From Candidatus Multivorans sp. (GTDB taxonomy: Bacteria > Acidobacteriota > Thermoanaerobaculia > Multivoradales > Multivoraceae), in NCBI GenBank assembly GCA_965224025.1, contig OZ245033.1, forward strand, positions 2,720,001 to 2,784,000: a stretch of DNA of 64,000 bases, in the 5' to 3' direction. Positions 60,702 to 64,000 of the stretch are shown piece by piece. Under the pieces are notes generated by a model. It was not told the DNA's origin and did no database searches. It was given only the letters and a program-made list of their open reading frames with translations. How positions within the stretch are numbered: position 1 is the first letter of the stretch; every line of letters starts with the position of its first letter. Both the position numbers and the translations under genes were made by a program.

Positions 60702-61235
60702 ATGGAATCAGACGACGCGAACCGACTGAGAAACTGGATTCGCGAGGTGTCCGACTTCCCGAGGCCCGGCATCCTGTTCAAGGACATCACGACGCTGCTC
60801 AAGGAGCCGGCGGCGCTGCGGGAGGCCGCTGACCGGCTCGCCGACCGGTTTGCGGACCGTCGGATCGATCAAGTGATCGGGATCGAAGCGCGCGGCTTCA
60901 TCTTCGCGCCGCTGGTGGCGTATCGACTGAACGCCGGTTTCGTGCCGGTGCGGAAACCAGGAAAGCTGCCGGCCGAGACGGCATCCCGCACGTACGAACT
61001 CGAGTACGGCAGCGACACGCTGGAGATGCATGTCGACGGCATCGCCCGCGGTGACCGGGTGGCCGTGGTCGACGATCTGCTCGCCACTGGCGGCACCGCC
61101 AGGGCGGCCGCCGATCTGGTCGAGTCGGTCGGGGCGAAGGTCGAGGCCCTCGGATTCGTCGTTGAACTGACATACCTCCAGGGCCGGCGACGCCTCGAAG
61201 GCTACGACGTGGTTGAATCGCTGGTCCGTTACTGA
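60702..61235 (+). CDS. apt: Adenine phosphoribosyltransferase
   Basis: [43 protein letters not shown]. Confidence 0.97.
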   Translation: MESDDANRLRNWIREVSDFPRPGILFKDITTLLKEPAALREAADRLADRFADRRIDQVIGIEARGFIFAPLVAYRLNAGFVPVRKPGKLPAETASRTYELEYGSDTLEMHVDGIARGDRVAVVDDLLATGGTARAAADLVESVGAKVEALGFVVELTYLQGRRRLEGYDVVESLVRY

Positions 61236-61278
61236 GATCCTTGGCGGGCGGCCGGTCCCGGGCCGGCCCGACGGGTCA

Positions 61279-61355
61279 GCGCCTGTAGCTCAGCGGGATA
61301 GAGCGCTGGATTCCTAATCCAGAGGTCGGAGGTTCGAGTCCTCCCAGGCGCACCA
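61279..61355 (+). tRNA. tRNA-Arg (anticodon CCT)
   Basis: Acceptor GCGCCTG/CAGGCGC, D arm GCTC…GAGC, anticodon arm CTGGA-TTCCTAA-TCCAG, T loop GTTCGAGTC, encoded CCA. Confidence 0.95.
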
Positions 61356-61508
61356 CCCGCATCTCAGGGGATGGCGCGCTAGGGATTCCCAATCAAGAGG
61401 CAAGGAGGTTCGAGTCCTCCCAGGCGCACCACAGCCCGCAGGTCAGGCGAATGGCGCGATAGATTCCTAATCAAGAGGCAAGGAGGTTCGAGTCCTCCCA
61501 GGCGCACC
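61356..61508 (+). repeat. Two tandem degenerate copies of the tRNA-Arg 3' half
   Basis: GGAGGTTCGAGTCCTCCCAGGCGCACC at 61328, 61404 and 61482 (periods 76 and 78 bp), each preceded by GATTCC(T/C)AATC. Confidence 0.88.
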
Positions 61509-61521
61509 CGTCGCTCCGTAG

Positions 61522-61707
61522 CTACTCTTCGATCTCGCGCTTCGGCTTGTCCTCGTCCTCGTCTTCGCCGGGCTCGTTCAGGCCGCGCTTGAAGTTCCGG
61601 ATGCCGGCGCCCAGACCTCCAGCTAGCTTGGGAATACGGCTGGCGCCGAAGACCAGGACGATGATCGCGAGGACGATCAGCAGTTCGCCAAATCCCAGGG
61701 TCGGCAT
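61522..61707 (-). CDS. tatA: Twin-arginine translocase TatA/E
   Basis: [36 protein letters not shown]. Confidence 0.93.
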   Translation of the reverse strand: MPTLGFGELLIVLAIIVLVFGASRIPKLAGGLGAGIRNFKRGLNEPGEDEDEDKPKREIEE

Positions 61708-61855
61708 CGTGGGTGCTCCAGGTGGTTGAGTGGCGTCGCCGGATGACGGTGCTCTGCGTTGACAGACGCCTGAGGACAAGTCTGCCACAGAGGTGTTTCC
61801 CGTTTCTCCGGAGCCAAGGGCTGTTATGGTTTGCGCCGTCTGAGGGGGATTCTCC

Positions 61856-62695
61856 ATGAGCCGTCTGACACGAGAGGAAATACGGCGCGACGAGGTGCGC
61901 GAAGCGGTCTTTTCTGCTTCCGCCTGGTTCGCCGAACACGTCCGTCAAATCCTGCTGGGGGTCGCGGCGGCGATCGCTGTCGTGATCGGCGTCGTGCTGT
62001 TCCTCAACTACCAGGATCGCCGGGAAGCGGAGGCGAGCTTCCATCTCAGTGAAGCCCTCAAGGTCTATCGGGCAGAGATAGACGCGCCGGAGACGGACGC
62101 AATCGACGATCTCTTCGGCGCGCCGCCGGACAGTGCGCCGGGCGAGGACGACATCGGGGAGTCGGAGACTCCCGTCGCGGAAGATGACGGCGAAGACGAA
62201 GGCCTGAGCTTCGCCTCCGAGGCGGAACGGCGGGTGGAGGCTCGGGTGGCGCTCGAAGCGGTGCGCGAGAGTTACGGTTCAACCGCTTCAGGTCGGCTGG
62301 CTTCGGTCTACCTGGGCCGGATCGCCGCGGCCGAGGGCGATACCGTGGCGGCCCGTGAGTTGTGGACGGAGTTCCTCGAGAACAACGGAAGCGACCACGC
62401 ACTTGCCGTGAACCTGCAGTTGAACCTGTACAGCCTCGACCGCGCCGAGGGCCGGGGAGAGCAGCTTGCGGCCGAACTCCGTGGCGCGGTGGCGACCGAG
62501 ACCTCCGCGCTGCCGAAGGATGTACTGCTGTTCGAACTCGCCGCGACCCTGGACCAACTCGGCGACGAAGAGGGCGCCCGGGAGACCTTCCAGCGCATCG
62601 TCGACGAGTACCCGGACAGTGGCTACGCGATCCGGGCCCGGCAACAGCTCGGGCCCGAGCCCGCCGCCGCGAGTCCGTTCAGCTTCGGCGGTTAG
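61856..62695 (+). CDS. YfgM-like TPR membrane-anchored protein
   Basis: [10 protein letters not shown], single TM helix, TPR-like helices, [11 protein letters not shown]. Confidence 0.75.
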   Translation: MSRLTREEIRRDEVREAVFSASAWFAEHVRQILLGVAAAIAVVIGVVLFLNYQDRREAEASFHLSEALKVYRAEIDAPETDAIDDLFGAPPDSAPGEDDIGESETPVAEDDGEDEGLSFASEAERRVEARVALEAVRESYGSTASGRLASVYLGRIAAAEGDTVAARELWTEFLENNGSDHALAVNLQLNLYSLDRAEGRGEQLAAELRGAVATETSALPKDVLLFELAATLDQLGDEEGARETFQRIVDEYPDSGYAIRARQQLGPEPAAASPFSFGG

Positions 62696-62707
62696 GAAAC
62701 CGTCCAC

Positions 62708-63976
62708 ATGGCCACGCCCTACGGCATTCTGAACCGGATGCGTCAGGGGCGGAGGCTGACCAGAGACGAGGTGTGGGCGGTGGTCGCGGGAGCGGCGGAC
62801 GGGAGTTGGACGGACGTACATCTTGCCGCCTTCCTGATGGCCGCCGCGATGCGGGGTCTCGATCCCGACGAGACGCGGGAGTTGACCCTGGCGATGCTCG
62901 AATCCGGCGACCGGTGGGCGCTTGCCGCGGACTTCGGTCCGCTCGTCGACAAGCACTCGACTGGCGGAGTCGGCGACACGGTGAGCCTGATCGTTCTGCC
63001 CTTGTTGGCCTCGTGCGGCGTGCCGGCGGCCAAGCTCACCGGCCGATCTCTGGGTCACAGCGGCGGCACCGCGGACAAGCTGGAGAGCATCCCCGGCTTG
63101 CAGTTGGAATTGGACAGGAGCAGGACCCTCGGTCTGCTCGATCGCTTCGGCATGGCGATCGGCATCGCCACCGCGGGCATCGCGCCGGCCGACAAGCGCC
63201 TGTACGGCCTGAGGGACCGGACCTCGACCGTGAGTTCGATCCCGCTCGTCGTCGGCAGCATCCTGTCGAAGAAGCTCGCCTTGGGCGCATCCGGCATCGT
63301 CTTCGACGTGAAGACCGGCAATGGCGGCTTCTTTCCCGACGCCGAGGACACCCGCACGCTCGCGTCCGGCCTGGTCGAGGTCAGCGTCGCCTGCGGCACG
63401 CCGGCGGACTGTGTCCTGAGCGACATGAGTCAGCCTCTTGGCCGCTGGGTCGGCCACGCCGCCGAAGTGCGGGAGGCACTGGACTTCCTGGACGGGGACG
63501 GCGACCCGCGCCTGTTCGAAGTGGTCGCCGCGGTCTGCCGGAAGGCAGCCCGCCTCGTCGGCAAGGAGATGTCTCGGAAGGACATCGAGGCCGTGATCGC
63601 CTCCGCCGCCGCCCGCCAGAAGCTCGTCGACTGGGCCGACGCCCAGGGCGCCGAGCCCGGCTGGATCGACGCCCTGGACGTGGCGCCGGTCGAAGCCGTG
63701 GTCACCGCCTCCGAGTCGGGTTTCCTCGAAGCCGTCGACTGTAGACGAATCGGCAAGGCCTTCGCCGACGCCTGCCGCCCCGACCGCGACCCGAACAGGA
63801 TCGACCACGCGGTGGCGCTCCGCTACGACGTCCGCCTCGGACAGAAGGTCGAACGAGGCCAGGAACTCGCACGGTTGTACGTCCGGCGCGACCCGGAAGT
63901 CCTGCAACGCGAGGTCGCCGCGTCGCTCGTCATAGGCGAGGAAACCGAGCCGCCGCCGGCCGTGGCGGAGGGCTGA
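62708..63976 (+). CDS. pdp: Thymidine/pyrimidine-nucleoside phosphorylase
   Basis: DKHSTGGVGD, GRSLGHSGGTADKLESIPG, PADKRLYGLRD, SILSKKLA, DVKTGNGGF. Confidence 0.93.
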   Translation: MATPYGILNRMRQGRRLTRDEVWAVVAGAADGSWTDVHLAAFLMAAAMRGLDPDETRELTLAMLESGDRWALAADFGPLVDKHSTGGVGDTVSLIVLPLLASCGVPAAKLTGRSLGHSGGTADKLESIPGLQLELDRSRTLGLLDRFGMAIGIATAGIAPADKRLYGLRDRTSTVSSIPLVVGSILSKKLALGASGIVFDVKTGNGGFFPDAEDTRTLASGLVEVSVACGTPADCVLSDMSQPLGRWVGHAAEVREALDFLDGDGDPRLFEVVAAVCRKAARLVGKEMSRKDIEAVIASAAARQKLVDWADAQGAEPGWIDALDVAPVEAVVTASESGFLEAVDCRRIGKAFADACRPDRDPNRIDHAVALRYDVRLGQKVERGQELARLYVRRDPEVLQREVAASLVIGEETEPPPAVAEG

Positions 63977-64000
63977 AGGGCCCCGGCCGAGGATGGTGGG

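Noticed and set aside
61328-61508. CRISPR array (three 27-bp repeats at regular spacing)
   Set aside because: The repeat is the tRNA T-arm/acceptor end, the spacers resemble each other, and no cas genes are present

Overview
High-GC bacterial chromosome segment. Gene order (lolE-lolD-clpC-bamA-skp-lpxD-fabZ-lpxA; surE-pcm-apt) suggests an Acidobacteriota-like Gram-negative organism (inference). The housekeeping backbone holds addAB, hisS, aspS, aroB, ftsY, ribD, ribE, lysS, nucleoside-salvage genes, the Lol/Bam/Lpx envelope cluster, tRNA-Arg(CCT), tatA and pdp. Accessory blocks are interspersed: (i) 1-5.3 kb, an IS630 end inside a low-GC hydrolase-like gene, plus a VapBC-type module between a decayed and an intact copy of a tandem SnoaL/NTF2-like gene; (ii) 14.3-18.9 kb, HTH + AAA_14 ATPase, DUF1801, AI-2E and Uma2; (iii) 28.2-36.7 kb, a lower-GC putative anti-phage pair (CoiA-like nuclease + ~1500-aa nuclease-STAND/Avs-like NTPase), each gene independently broken by a copy of the same IS3-family element with a 3-bp TSD; (iv) 39.8-43.4 kb, a small secreted Cys-rich peptide with its own promoter followed by two accessory genes; (v) 45.3-47.5 kb, an islet bounded by 17-bp direct repeats. 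Non-coding features include a TIR-bounded MITE that supplies the aspS stop codon, a dispersed REP-like palindrome family with one copy translated inside addB, tandem copies of the tRNA 3' half, and several -10 boxes placed as expected for leaderless mRNAs. All family assignments come from motif recognition by eye; no database searches were run.
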